From the human T2T-CHM13v2.0 reference genome, Homo sapiens: a stretch of 64,000 bases of DNA. A program made the position numbers and the translations under genes. A model generated the notes under the pieces. That model saw nothing but the letters and a program-made list of their open reading frames with translations. It was not told the origin of the DNA and ran no database searches. Numbering within the stretch: position 1 is the first letter of the stretch; each line of letters opens with the position of its first letter. Positions 13,981 through 28,679 of this stretch are shown here, in pieces. The stretch lies in NCBI RefSeq assembly GCF_009914755.1, contig NC_060928.1, one strand, 5' to 3'.

Positions 13981-14584
13981 TAGGGTGACAACCACTTTAT
14001 GCCACTGAATTTCAGAATTTAAGTAACCAAACATTTTTACATTTTTAAAAATGTATTAAAATGTATAAATAAAGATATGAGTATGTTTGTGCAATTTAGT
14101 ATAATGGATCATCTATATAAATATATTGATCATAAGTTGTAAAACACTTGCACTGTACTATCTAATTTATTATTCTTCATAGGAGAATTTGGTGTTCCAC
14201 ATACATATATTCTATACATAATTGAAAAGAGTCATTTAAATAATTGTTTTTATTTAAGTTTTTTTAGACATCGAGTAGTAATTATCTTAGAAATGACTGA
14301 TATGCAAACTTTTACGCCACAATAAATAACTGTAGGAAACTATATTTTAATTTTTGTATATATTATTTATAAAGTTTTGCCTTTTCCCCATCTGTCATCA
14401 TGATTTGTTGCAATTAGTGTGCCCTTAATCAGCAATTTTAATTGTCTGTGTGCTGGGATATCAGAAAGTTTGTTGACAGATGCCTAAAGAGCAGTAAGTC
14501 CTAACGGCCCCTCTTAAACTAAAAAAAGCATGAAAAATAGAGGCAAAAACATGTGCTGCTTACAGAACAGAGTTTGAGTTCTAA

Positions 14585-17500
14585 CTGTTGAGAGACAATT
14601 CTCCATGAATCTCTCACATTTCCATACACATCTAGACATTAACAGTCAACATGCTCCAGGATTTTCTTTTCAAGATTTGTATAAGCAGATGGCCCTAGAA
14701 AGATGAAGACAGTAACTTACGGCACATATTTATTCATGTTCTCAGATAGTAAATATAGAGACACCACCTCCACCAAAAGCATTTAAGGGTAATGAAAGTA
14801 AAAATACCTACCTCCACTTCCAAGGGTAGAAGTGCTACATTCCAGGTTAATAAAGATAGTATGTCATTCCCTGGAAGTAAGGATGGGAAGGTTTGCCAGC
14901 AGCTCTCATATAAAACGAGAGTCAGAGGTACAAAAAAGAGCTAGTACCATTTCTACTGAAACTATTCCAAAAATTGAAAAGGAGGGACTCCTACCTGACT
15001 CATTTTATGAGGCTACCATCATCCTGACACGAAAACCTGGCAGAGATGTAACACAATATTCTTGATGAACATCAATGCAAAAATTCCTCAAAAAAATACT
15101 ACCAAATCAAATCCAGCAGCACATCAAAAAGCTTATCGACCACAATCAAGTTGGCTTCATCCTCAAGTTGCAAGGTTAGTGCAACATACACAAATCAATA
15201 AATGTGATTTATCACACAAACAGAATTAAAGGCAAAAACCACATGATTATCTCAACAGACGCAGAAAGGGCCTTCAATAAAATTCAACATCCTTCATGTT
15301 AAAGCCTCTCAATAAACTACATATTGAAGGAACATACCTCAAAATAATAAGAGAAATATATGACAAACCCATAGCAAATATCATACTGAATGGGCAAAAG
15401 CTAGAGGCATTCCCCTTGAAAACTGGCACAAGACAATGATGCCCTCTCTCACCACTCCTATTCAGCATAGTAATAGAAGTTCTGGCCAGGGCAATATGGC
15501 AAGAGAAAGAAATAAAGGGTATTCAAATAGAGAGAGAGGATGTCAAATTATCTTTGCAAATGACATAATCCTATATCTAGAAAAACCCATCATCTCAGCC
15601 CAAAACCTTCTTAAGCTGATAAGCAACTTCAACAAAGTCTCAGGATACAAAATCAATGTGCAAAATTCACTAGCATTCCTAGAAACCAACAACAGGCAAG
15701 CAGAGAGCCAAATCATGATTGAACTCCCAATCACAATTGCTACAAAATAGAATAAAATACCTAGGAATACAGCTAAGAGAAGTAAAGGACCTCTTCAAGG
15801 AGAACTACAAACCACTGCTTAAGGAAATCAGATATGACATAAACAAATGGAAAAAATTCCATGCTCATGGATAGGAAGAATCAATATCATGAAAACATCC
15901 ATACTGCCCAAAGTAATTTACAGATTCAATGCTATTCCCATTAAACTACCATTTACATGTTTAGGGGCTCTCTGGGTCCAAACTCAAACAATGAACTCTA
16001 GAAGTTCTTCTAATTCTTCAGAGAATTAGAAGAAACTATTTCAAAATTCATATGGAACCAAAAAAAAAGCCCAAATAGCCAAAGAAATTCTAAGTAAAAA
16101 GAACAAAGCTGGAGGCATCATGCTACCTGACTTCAAACTATACTACAAGACTACAATAACCAAAACAGCATGGTACTGGTACAAAAACAGACTCATAGAC
16201 AAATGAAACGTAACAGAGAAGTCAGGAATAAGACTGCATACCTACAACTAACTGATCTTCAGCAAAACTGACAAAAACAAGCAATGGGGGAAATGTTTCC
16301 CTATTTAATAAATGGTGCTGGGAGAACTGGCTAGCCATACGCAGAAAATTGAAACTGGGCCCCTTCCTTACACCTTATACAAAAATTAACTCAAGATGGA
16401 TTAAAGATTTACATGAAAACCCAAAACTATAAAAATCCTAGAAGAAAATCTAGGCAATACCATTCAGGACATAGGCACAGGCAAAGATTTCATGATGAAA
16501 ATGCCAAAAGCAATTGAGACAAAATCAAAAATTGACAAGTGGGATCTAATTAAACTACAGAGCTTCTGCACAGCAAAGGAAACTATCATCAGAGTGAATA
16601 GACAACCTAAAGAATGGGAGAAAAATTTTGCAATATATCGATCTGACAAAGGTCTGATATTCAGCGACTACAAGAAACTTAAATTTACAGGAACAAAACA
16701 ACTCCATTAAAAAGTGGGCAAAGGACCTAAACAGACACTTCTCAAAGGAAGACATTCACGTAGTCAACAAACATATGAAAAAAAGCTCAACATCACTAAT
16801 CATTAGAGAAATGCAAATCAAAACCACAGTGAGATACTATCTCATGCCAGTCAGAATGGCAATCATTAAAAAGTCAAAAAAACAACAGATGCTGGCAAGG
16901 TTGTGGAGAGAAAAGAATACTTATACACTGTTGGTGGGAGTGTAAACTAGTTCAACCATTGTGGAAAACAGAGTGGCAATTCCTCAAAGATCTAGAGGCA
17001 GAAATACCATTTGACCCAGCAATCCCATTACTGGGTACATACCCAAAGGAATGTAAATCATTCTATTACAAAGACACATGCACGTGTATGTTCACTGCAG
17101 CACTATTCACAATAGCAAAGATATGGAATCAATCCAAATGCCCATCAATGATAGACTGGATAAAGAAAACGTTGTTACATATATACCACAGAATACTACA
17201 CAGCCATAAAAAGGAACAAGATTATGTCCTTTGCGAGACATGAATGGAGCTGGAAGCCATTACTCTCAGCAAACTAACACAAGAACAGAATACCAAACAT
17301 CGTATGTTCTCACTTTCAAGTGGGAGCTAAACGATGAGAACAAATGGACACATGGCAGGGAACAACACACACTGGGGCCTGTGGGGTGCAGAGAGGGACA
17401 GAATCAGGAATAACAGCTAATGGATGTTGGGCTTAATACCAAGGCGATGGGTTGGTCTGTGCAGCAAACCACTTGTTTACCTATGTAACAAACCTGCACA

Positions 17501-17830
17501 TCCTGCACATGTACCCCAGAACTTACAATAAAAGTTGAAGGGAAAATTAAAATAAAATAAAATAAAATAAAATAAAATAAAATAAAATAAAATAAAACAA
17601 AACAAAACAAGAGTCCACTAATTTCAGTAATTCTCTCCTATAATGCATCCCCAACTGTGTGTGCAGACAACATTTGACCCTATTCACATTGTCCCATTAG
17701 GCTAGGAGATCAGGAAACCAGAGCCAAGATGTTACTATTGCTGTATTAAACTGTCTAAATCCATTTGGGCTTATTATCTCCTTATCAGCCAAATCTGTGG
17801 AAGAGTAGCAAGCCAACCTAGCAGCTCTAA
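14585..17830 (+). mobile_element. ERV1-type LTR (MER67-like, tentative) split by an L1; pieces at ~14585-14923 and ~17604-17830
   Basis: Begins tgttgagagacaattctccatgaatctctcacatttc; LTR-like sequence appears to continue after the L1 TSD. Confidence 0.55.
14924..17603 (+). mobile_element. 5'-truncated LINE-1 (L1PA10-12-like) with (TAAAA)n tail
   Basis: RT remnants including the FADD-box derivative [11 protein letters not shown]; 3' UTR; TSD aaaacgagagtc (14912-14923) / aaaacaagagtc (17604-17615). Confidence 0.95.
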
Positions 17831-17859
17831 ACACACTACTACTTTGAACCTGCTTTATT

Positions 17860-18050
17860 GCTTGACCTTAGTTCCACACTTATTAGTCGTGCGAAGTTGA
17901 GCAAGCTATTTAATCTCTTTATCTCAAGTAATCTCATTTGTAACGTGTACAATGATACCTCAAAAGACTGTTGTGAAGAATGAATGCTATATATGAGACG
18001 CAGGTGGTTAAAATGCCTGAAAAACGTGGTGGTTATCACAGGTATTATTA
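17860..18050 (+). mobile_element. MIR fragment
   Basis: ttgagcaagctatttaatctct...ctcatttgtaa...tgttgtgaagaatgaatg, MIR core. Confidence 0.6.
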
Positions 18051-18429
18051 TTTATTTATTCATTCATTCATGCTGCTTAAGGAGTTTTTTTATACTTATT
18101 TGCAGATGTCTTGCTATGTTTCACATAGTTAATACTGCTAGATAAAAGAGGTATTAGAATTTTTTCCACTTGTCCTGTCTTGTACATTAATATAAAACAC
18201 ATATTTAAAAATTATTTCTCCTACTCCTTTGTAATCCAGTCATAGAGTCTAATACACAGATTCTAACTCAGCTGAGTTAGAATATAGTATATATACATGA
18301 CAGGCACTATGCTAGAATTTTCATACTGTGTATTATCAATGTATGTCTAATACTCAAAATATCACAGCAGTGTTCATAACATTGATAATTCAATAAATAA
18401 TTTTGATGATAGAAAAAAATAATAAAATT

Positions 18430-18792
<363 letters not shown>

Positions 18793-19154
18793 TTATTGCC
18801 TTGTTATAGGCACATTGCAAGTATATTTTAAGTAAAATTTGGAAGGAGACAATATATATCACTGCTTATAAGAGAAAAAATCAACTTCTAAAATAGGAGT
18901 AAAGGAGAATAATATCAGAATCATTGGCAAATCTCTTTCAAACTATAGAAATCCTCTCCCCTCAGATCTTTGCTCCCCTAGATAATTTTTGTTTTTATTT
19001 AGAGGTGCTGAGGATCTGTGTGTATATATTTGGTATGTTCTTTTCTTTCAGTTCCCGCTGAAAACAACTGACACAAAAATAACTTTCCTACTGAAATTAC
19101 TTTGCCTGTTATAGTTCTTTAGATTACTTTATTAAAATGTAATTCATGATAAAG

Positions 19155-20660
19155 AAACATCCTTACTTCACCTTCATTTCTGAATGATATCTCTGGGTAT
19201 AAAATGATAAGCTGGTTTCATCGTTTTAATAATATTCCATTGTCTTCTGGTCTCCCATCATTTCAGTTGAATAGTCATCTAGAGGTTATATTTGCTCCTT
19301 TGAAGACAGCTGTCTCTTTTCTCCAATCATTTTTAAGAATTCCTTTTTGTATTTGGTTTTTAGCAATTTTAATATGTTGTGCCTTCATGGGGTTTATTTT
19401 GTATTTATCCTGCTTAAAGTTTGTAGAACTTCTTGAATCTAAAGGTTGATGTCTTTCAACCCTTTTGGCTATGACCATCCCGTATCTTCACATCATACTT
19501 CTGTCCCATTCTCTCCCTTCTCTCCTTCTGAGACTCTAATTACACATATGTTCCAATGTCTCTTGCAGTCATTTCTATACCTTCTATTCTTTTACTCAGT
19601 TTTTCAGTCTAAATATTTTCCACTGAACTTGTCTCCAAGCTTACTAATTCTCTCTTTTGCACTAGGATTAGTGAAATGACAAAGAGGTCTCCAGTTCTAA
19701 TCTTTTGTTAAAACCACCAATGGCATTCTTCGTTTTATGTATTATAATTACTAAAATCTGTTTGATGTTTTTATAAACTCAGTTATCTGTTAAATTCTTC
19801 ATCTCTTTCCTAATTCTTCAGCAGCTTAATCACAATTATCTTAAAGTTTGAGAAGTTAAATATCTTGATCAACTAGGGGTTCTGGTGTCTTCCTGGATTA
19901 TAATTAAGTGCTGTATATTATATACAGAAAAAAATATAAACTGAATTATGTTATCTACCTCCAGAGAGGATTTAATGTCTGTCTTGAGGTTAAATAGGGG
20001 CAGAACATCTTAGGTCCATCAGGGATTGAGAAATTTTGACACTGAGTTTAAATCTTTGTGATTGCTGATGTATTTCCCATTTGTTCTTATTCCTGAAAAT
20101 CTGAAGTGTTTACCAGCGTCCCTCTTTCTGGGTAGTGCCTCCTCCCGTTTTCTGTCTTCCCAGGAGCACCATGAGACCACCAAATCTAGCCTACATTTTT
20201 AGCTCCCACTTTCTTTCTACTTGGATTTGTAACTTCCTGCCTGCCTAGCTTAGAAATAAACAAATGTCCCAAGGGGAAAAGCAGCACAGCATGTGAGGAT
20301 TGCTTTTCTGTGCTTCCCTTTACTTAATACTCTTGGTTCCTGAATCATTGACTAAATTTCAAGTTTTGCTTTCCTAACCCTGTGAAACTGCTGGAAGATT
20401 TTACTAGCCTTTTATGCTTAGTATCTTAGCCATTTGTCCAATGCCACTTACAAATAAAAAGATGCCTTGATAGAAAAAGTTTCAGAGAATGTCAGGTTAA
20501 CATCAATGCATGTCCCCTCCTCTCTGGAATCTTTATCCCTTAAGTCTTATCTCCTTTATTTGCTTCTGCTGCATTCAGCTATTTTGTAGTCATATAATTT
20601 ATCAAGCTTCTATAGTTGTTCTCTCAATGGGATATTTGGTCTGATACAAGCTACTCCAAC
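19155..20660 (-). mobile_element. Ancient L1M 5'/ORF1-region remnant
   Basis: T-rich antisense L1 ORF1-like sequence; ORF 19275-19478 resembles degenerate ORF1p. Confidence 0.55.
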
Positions 20661-20945
20661 ATCACCAAAAACAAAAACCTTCACCATTCTTTCTAAGATA
20701 CTTAAGTATGTGACTGAATAGTATTAAATGAGAAGGAAAAAAATAGTTACATAATAATAAAATGCAGCTTCAAAAATAGGAATATACTCTGGAGATTAAG
20801 AAAAGTACTCTATCCTGCATAATATCACATAAAGTTATATTTTTTAGGGAGTTTAACTATGAGGTCTGAAACCCTTGAGGACACCTTTAAAATCTTCGAG
20901 AAGAAAAGACCATACAATTTTTAAAAGAATTAAAGAAGCAAATGA

Positions 20946-21340
<395 letters not shown>

Positions 21341-21975
21341 TTATTAAAATTGATGTAACTTTAATCTCATAAACAGCTTGCTACTTTCTGACTCATATTT
21401 TTAATCACAATTGAAAATATCAACATGTTTGTTTCCACATAAACATTTGATGGAAATTAAGTAAGAAGATAATCCTTAAACTGATAATTTTTAAAATTTG
21501 TAGAGATTTTAGAAGAATTAAAATAAATGTTGAGATTGGTCATGTGTGATTTTTGACATTAAAAGCAGTTATAGATATTTCAAAGTTTATGTCCTTCCCT
21601 AAGACTGCCATTTCAAACTAGTCAATCCTCATGTTCCCTGCTGACAGTATATAATGTTGGAAGACATTTGATGTAAGAGTCGCAAATGCCAGCAATATCT
21701 CTAAAGGTCACTATAATTTTAACAGGTATAGTTAGAAAAGCTATTCTTATTCCAAATTACAACTTCACTATATGTTTAAAGAAAGGATACAATCTTACAT
21801 TTTTAACTAAAAAACAGTTCAATTAAAACCTACATATACATTAAAACTACAACTTTATAACAAATATAGTAACAGAATTGTTGCTACTATTACTAATATG
21901 TATTAACTACTTTCTGGTCTAGACATTTAATCAACAAACAAAATGATACTATTTCTAACTTCAAACACCCTACAA

Positions 21976-22215
21976 TCATGGTTCTCAAGTATCTTCAGCG
22001 ACCCCTCGAGATTCCTGATGTCCTTTCAGATAATCCTCAAGATCAAAATTATTTTCATATTAATACTAAGATTTTGTTTGCCTAGTTGACTTTTGTTCTC
22101 TCATAAACACTTGTGTATTTTTGTATTTTAAATGTTTCTCATTTTCCATTTCTAATACAATAAGAAACACTAGATGTAATCCACATAAAGTTCTTTTGCG
22201 TCCTCAATAGTTTTT

Positions 22216-22253
<38 letters not shown>

Positions 22254-22586
22254 GGAGACAGAGTCCCCCTCTGTCGCCCAAGCTGGAGTGCAGTGGCACG
22301 ATCTCAGCTCACTGCAACCTCTGCCTCCCAGTTCAAGCAATTTTCCTGCCTCAGCCTCCTGAGTAGCTGGGACTACAGGCGCGTACCACCACGCCCGCCT
22401 AATTTTTTGTATTTAACACGGGGTTTCACCGTGTTAGCCAGGATGGTCTGGATCTCCTGACCTGGTGATCCGCCTGCCTTGGCCTCCCAAAGTGCTGGGA
22501 TTACAGGCGTGAGCCACCATGCCCAGCCCTCCATATTTTTAAGAGTATAAAAAGATCCTGAAGCCAAAAAGTTTGAGAATTAGTGC
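21976..22586 (+). mobile_element. Charlie1-derived hAT MITE (MER105/Charlie1b-like) split by an Alu
   Basis: catggttctcaag...tcaaaattattttcatattaatactaaga and tttttaagagtataaaagatcctgaagccaaaaagtttgagaa ends. Confidence 0.7.
22211..22528 (-). mobile_element. Alu (AluSc8/Y-like) with (GTT)n-derived tail
   Basis: Reverse-complement dimer; (GTT)~12 at ~22217-22253; flanks cctcaata/cctccata. Confidence 0.92.
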
Positions 22587-25258
22587 CCCACAACCTAAAA
22601 GATAAATTTAGACAGAAAAATGATAAACAAAGAAATGTTACTACATATGTAGAACTATTTTTAAAACTATCACACAAGATAAAAATGCTAAAAATGTATT
22701 ACATGTTGCGTTGATAAATCCTAAGTGTCCAATTATACCAGTCAAATATCATAGAAGTTAAAAAGCAAAGTTCACCAATGCTAAAATTCCTACCCCGACA
22801 GCGCTAAAGATTTTCATATTATTGATGTGATCTCCTATTACACTTAGCTATTTCAGAGAGAATCACTATGGTAGAAAAAATATATTGTGCAATTGCCCTC
22901 CAACATATTCTTAATTCTTTCATTCTCTTTGTTCCTGGATAAATTGAATGTCAATACAAGGACAGTTTCCCCAAAATAAAATAAATGTTATCTCAGACAC
23001 AGAATTTGACTGTCATTTCAAATATGATCCTTAAAAAATGTTTGTTTCTCTCCAACTGTAAAGCAAGTTGATTACCACAAAATGAGAGAGAGAGAAAAAA
23101 AAGAGCAAAAGAGAACGCTCATGAAGAAAACATACATTTTTGAACAAAAAGTAGGGAACTGTGTTTCTACTAAACACTCATTAAACTCCTTAGGCAAATA
23201 TCTTCACCTATGGATACTGTTAAAGGAAATCTGGTCCTTTGTTATCATTATAATTTGGGAATTTTCATAATATATTTTTCTTGGAAACTTATATGAAAAA
23301 ACATAAATTCCACCCCTAGTTAGCAGATAACATTTAAGGAAAAAATAAATTCCTTGAATAGCTAAGTATTCCAATTCCCCAGGACCCTAGTCTTCAGATT
23401 TCTAAATAAAACATACTATATTTAAAACAATATTCTACAGTATTATGTAAAGAGTAACTATCTCATAGAATAGTTTTCATGATTTCAGTGTTTTAAGTAT
23501 ATACAAGTGGCTGGCACTTGTGGTGACCCTGAACGTTAAAGAACAAAGCCTTGCAATAGATTTAAAAAAAAAAAAGAAAAGAAAAAGGAAAAGCAGGTGT
23601 GCAAAGAGTGCAAAGATAAATGTGCACAGTTGATATCTTCCCATCATTTACACCCAGGATGTTACAACAAATGTAATTAATCTGCTCTTACAAAAGTGCT
23701 TGCCACCACAGAAAGAAATAGACAATCTTTCAAAAGATATAATTCAATGCTAAAATTGCATATTTTAAGACTAAGAGAATGATTTCCCTTTCATATTAAC
23801 CAATTAGACTGATTATATATACATATGTCTTTAAGATTTTAAATATCTTAAATTTGGAATTTAATATCATATGTTAAAAGGTATTGTAAGTCTATTAGAT
23901 AATGGAAGGAAATCTTGAAATATACTGTATTTATGATGTAGAAGCACGAATAATAACCATATTATTGCATATTATGTTTCTACTAAAGCCTTTCAATATA
24001 CTACTAAATTCAGATTATCTGAATGAAAATTTATGATTGGCCTATGCCTAATTTACAATTCAATTATATCCTAGCTTTTTTGGATGCTCAAAATAGTTAT
24101 ATTATATATATACATTTAAATAATTTCTCCCTCTGCCAAAATAATACTTTTGCATAAACTGTTTACAAATATTAATCTACATGGGCAGCCTGTTGATTAA
24201 AATAAACAATATATCACCATTACAAAAAATATTGTTCTCACACCATAGTAGGCAAATGTGGATATGTATCCTGTATAGGATGACTTTGCATGTCCTCCAG
24301 GTAGGCCCAAAGGGCAGTGTTGGCAATAATGATCCATCTGTTCACTACTGACAATGATAAAACTTCTAATGAAGACAGATGTGGGTCACCCAGTATAAGC
24401 TGGCTGCAGGGTGTTAATGAATCCTCCTAATGGTCACTACCTGCCACTTTTGACTGACTGATAACCTAAACAGTTTAATTTGAAAAGCAAAGATGAGTAT
24501 TTCAGGTACTCATTTGTCCTACCAAGACATTCTTTTCACTTTCACTTACATACTCACTCTTTACTACTTCTCTTTATTAATTCTTAAACAATATTACTAT
24601 TGTTTATTAGATTGTCTTTAAAAATAACCTTGCTAGCATTTTTGAGAAATTAATTTCTCCAAAACTTCTCCACTGACTGACCCACAAGATATCAACTTCA
24701 TAATGTGATATAGCAATATTCCATATGAGAAACAAAAAAGGTAATATTTTCTATGTCATAAAACTCTTTAGGTACATTTACATGTAATTTTATAATCAAT
24801 ATCAATCTCCCTAAAATGTTGCTTTTAAAATATTTTTAAATGTCAATATAAAATGATTTTACTCAAGATTCCAAAAAGAATATTCACTTAGAGATACCAA
24901 TCTATGAAAAATGTATATATCTATTAAAAATTTATAGAGATGGTCATTTTACTTTCTGAAAGATGCTGTGGGTAATACTTAAGAATCATAACTTATGCAG
25001 TTGTTTTTCAGAATAAAATATGTATTACATCATACCTAAGCTCTTAAAGAAAATCTAATGTTAAAATAGGTCCTTAGAAAAATTAGTATGTATAAAAAGT
25101 AAATATATAAAATCCAAAAGTAAAAACACAACATAAAAAGCACATTTCACATATAAAGAAAATTATGTAAAAATTGTTTAATGTAAAATAATTTTCAATT
25201 AAGTTTAAAGTTCTTATAGTTTATAAACTATATTGTTATAAATTTTACTTTATTTACC

Positions 25259-25385
25259 TTTTTTTTTAGAGACAGGGTCTCGCTACATTGCCCAGGCTGT
25301 ACTCAAACTCCTGAGGCTCAAGCAATATACCTGCCTCAGTCGCCCAAGTAGCTAGGACTACAGGCATGCCTCACCACATCTGGCC
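25259..25385 (-). mobile_element. FLAM / Alu monomer
   Basis: Poly-T followed by gagacagggtctcgc...tggcc. Confidence 0.82.
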
Positions 25386-27423
25386 AGTTTCACTTTCTAT
25401 GTAAAGACTTAAGATAACCTATTGTTGCTTCAGTCACAAATGGACCACTTATTCTTATAGCAAATCAGTTTACTGAAGTAGGTACCCATGACTAAACTTC
25501 ATCACCTGCCAATAATTAACAGTCACGATTCATGTGAACACATGCACCAAATATACATACATACACACATATATACATGTATGTGTAGCAGGCTATCAAC
25601 AAGGGAGGCCCATCCCAAATGATAAATGGAGTTGGAAACATTGAAAAAATAAGTTGATGTCTTCGTACTTTTCAAAAAAAAGAAAAAGGTGAAGTGCCAA
25701 GTTCAGTGGTGTGATATAGTCTAGCCTTTAAGCCATAATGCCCACCTTCAAAACATGCAACCAGCAGTGCTTTAAAATGGGACTCAACATGTTTACACGA
25801 TTCATGATCTCCATTCTGACTCCTTGCCTAAGCCACTTCTTATTATGTTTACCAACCAATTATTGATTTTCCTAGATACTAAACTATTTCCTCACTTTCC
25901 TACTAATAATCTAACCTTATTCCTCAGACTCAATAATCAGCTTCTACCTTTGAGCTTTCCCCTCCATCCTTATCTAAATTTTAGATGCTGCCTTGGCCAC
26001 TTTTATGTCCTTGTCCTGCCTCTCAAAGCTGCTGCCCTCTACCATGTCCCCTCAGCTCTGAGAGCAGGGAAAAATTAATGATTGCAAAACTTCCAGATAA
26101 GAGAATCAACTGAAATGAAAGGTATTCTGTGAGGGTCAAGTCTCCTGGAGGCTAACCAAGGGTGTTGACACAGAATTAAGTGTTCTAGATTAAAAGCAAA
26201 TACTTCAACTTTTTTAAGGAACTACGATATTGATTTATCTGTGAGGTCAGTTTGGAGTATCAGTGTGTGTTGAGCCCTCCTCCTGATAGTAATCCCTGGC
26301 TGACAACTCCTTCAAAGTCAGAAGATACTGTGTATTTTTTCCTAATGCAAGGTAGTCATTGTCCATTGAGTTTCCATTTCTAGATGCATGAGTCAAGGGA
26401 AAATGAGAGATAAATGTAAGGGGGTTCTCTTGTGAAAAAATTATCAATTTTTCTTCAAAACAAATTTTAAAAAAAACTGATGGGAGACCATTATTTGGAG
26501 AATCCCAGAATAAGCAATGGAAATAACCATGAGAATTTCTGGATAGCTTTGATTCAGCTTTACATGAACTATTATTCTGACATGGCATCAGATTTTATTG
26601 AAAGTTAAAGACGTGGCTAAACACTTCATTTTGCTTAGAGACATGACTTGTGTTCATGGGTCATGGCTCCCCATATCTTTGCCAGCAAGGCAAGATTCTC
26701 TGTCTTAAAAGTCAGTATTTTCAATCCTTGAAAACATTTCAATCTTGAGGATGGCTAGAATGCTGCAAACTCTTCTAATGCATAACACTAAGATAAAGGA
26801 GACTGAGTAGGGATTAAAGCTTGAGCTTTATAAACTTAGCAAAGGAAGCAAAAAGAAGTTATTAATTAGTTCAGCCCAAGACTGATAAACAGGGCCATGA
26901 CAAATAGTTTAGTTCAATAGAGGCTATGATAAAAGTTTAAGTGCAGTAAATACTAAAAGCCCTTACCAAGAAATACAATAATTAAGTATTAAGAACTGAG
27001 AAGCATTGTCTCATAGGAGGAAGCAAGTTTATGAGAAAGTTATGAAGACAGTCAGACATCCTTACCAATATACTTCCAACCCACCAATGAGGTCACTTGA
27101 ACCCAATGCAAACCCCCTGCAACTATGTTCTACTCTAGTGCCTCAGGGAATTTCTCTAGGCCTTTATTTTGAAACCACTTCCTACATTAAGAGACACTCA
27201 CCTCATGACAGCGCTCAAGCCAGGATACATCTCGGTTTAGTCCTACCCCACTTTATAACCCCTACACAGAAGGAGCAACTCAAGACCTTGTTTATTTTAA
27301 AGGAAATATGAGAAAACTACTGCCACAGACAGGAGACCCAGAGCTGCAAGCATTTCTTATCTGGACTATTAAAGAAACGTGTACCTGGTCGCTTTTCTTC
27401 CCATCTTTCCCATGTGCAGGTCC

Positions 27424-27426
<3 letters not shown>

Positions 27427-27457
<31 letters not shown>

Positions 27458-27720
27458 TCGCCCAGGCTGGAGTACGGTGGCTCAATCTAGGCTCACTGCA
27501 AGCTCTGCCTCCCGGGTTCACGCCATTCTCCTGCCTCAGCTCCCCGAGTAGCTGGGACTACAGGCGCCCACCACTACACCCGGATAATTTTTTTGTATTT
27601 TTAGTAGAGACGGGGTTTCGCCACGTTGGCCTGGATGGTCTCCATCTCTTGACCTCATGATCCGCCTGCCTCGGCCTCCCAAAGTGCTGGGATTACAGGT
27701 GTGAGCCACCACGCCCGGCT
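27427..27720 (-). mobile_element. Alu (AluY/Sc-like) with long T tract
   Basis: Reverse-complement dimer; TSD ggtccact. Confidence 0.92.
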
Positions 27721-28679
27721 GGTCCACTCTTAATACGTCAAACATTTCCTAAATAACAAATCTAATCATGCCACTCTCTTGATAAACTCTTCATTGACTC
27801 CCTTTTGCCAATACAGTAAAGCACAAAGCCCTTACATTGGCACACAAAGCCCTTCTACCACAATCCAAATAGTACTCTAAATAAATCTACTCCATGTGTA
27901 TTGCCACTATTGCCATAATCTTCTACTCTGGATCTCTCCATTCTAGTGCCCTTATAGTATAAATAGCATGTTTCTCTTCTACATAAAACCCTTTATTGTC
28001 CTAAGAATAAGATCAAAATTTCTTATCAAGACCTACAAAGCCCTATTTTGGCCTCTGTCTACCTCCCAATATCATCCTGTACCATTCTTCTCCTTCACTT
28101 CTTCTTCTCTTTCACCCCACTTCCACTAGCCTTCTCTCAAGACCTTAATCAGTCCCATCTCAGAAAACTAACACATGTAATAATGACTCTTAAACACTAA
28201 AATCCTGAAAAATAAATGGTAAATCTGTGAATTTAAATTCTGATGAAAAGATAACTTTGGAATTCACTACTAAATAAGAATTTAGGTATATCAGAATTAA
28301 TTTTTTCCAAATAATTAGAATGTCACATTGATATAAATTTTCCTTTAGTGTAAATAAGCCAAGCAAATCTTTGGTGGAGCTTAACTCTTTCATATATAGA
28401 AATTCTTGGAAAATATGAAAACACTATTATAATGGGGAAAATACCCAAGATTGACAAGCAGAAAAAGACTGTATAAAAATACTGCCAAAAAGCAAGTGTT
28501 TATAGGTTATCCAACCCAAATTTCCATCACATTTATCAATTCGTTCTTCAAATATACAATTCTATTAATATTGGAGTATTCTAGGAAGAGGGGATACCAC
28601 AGTGAACAAAATATGAAAAACAAAAATCTATGCCTTCTCACCACTTATATTCTATACATATCATACAATTTACATACAG

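Noticed and set aside
25215-25232. Perfect 18-bp palindrome tatagtttataaactata
   Set aside because: Low complexity in very AT-rich DNA, with no further support.
26247-26588. 113-aa minus-strand ORF as a coding exon
   Set aside because: It is out of frame with the upstream STPG2 exon and has no recognisable similarity; only the acceptor is kept as a weak finding.
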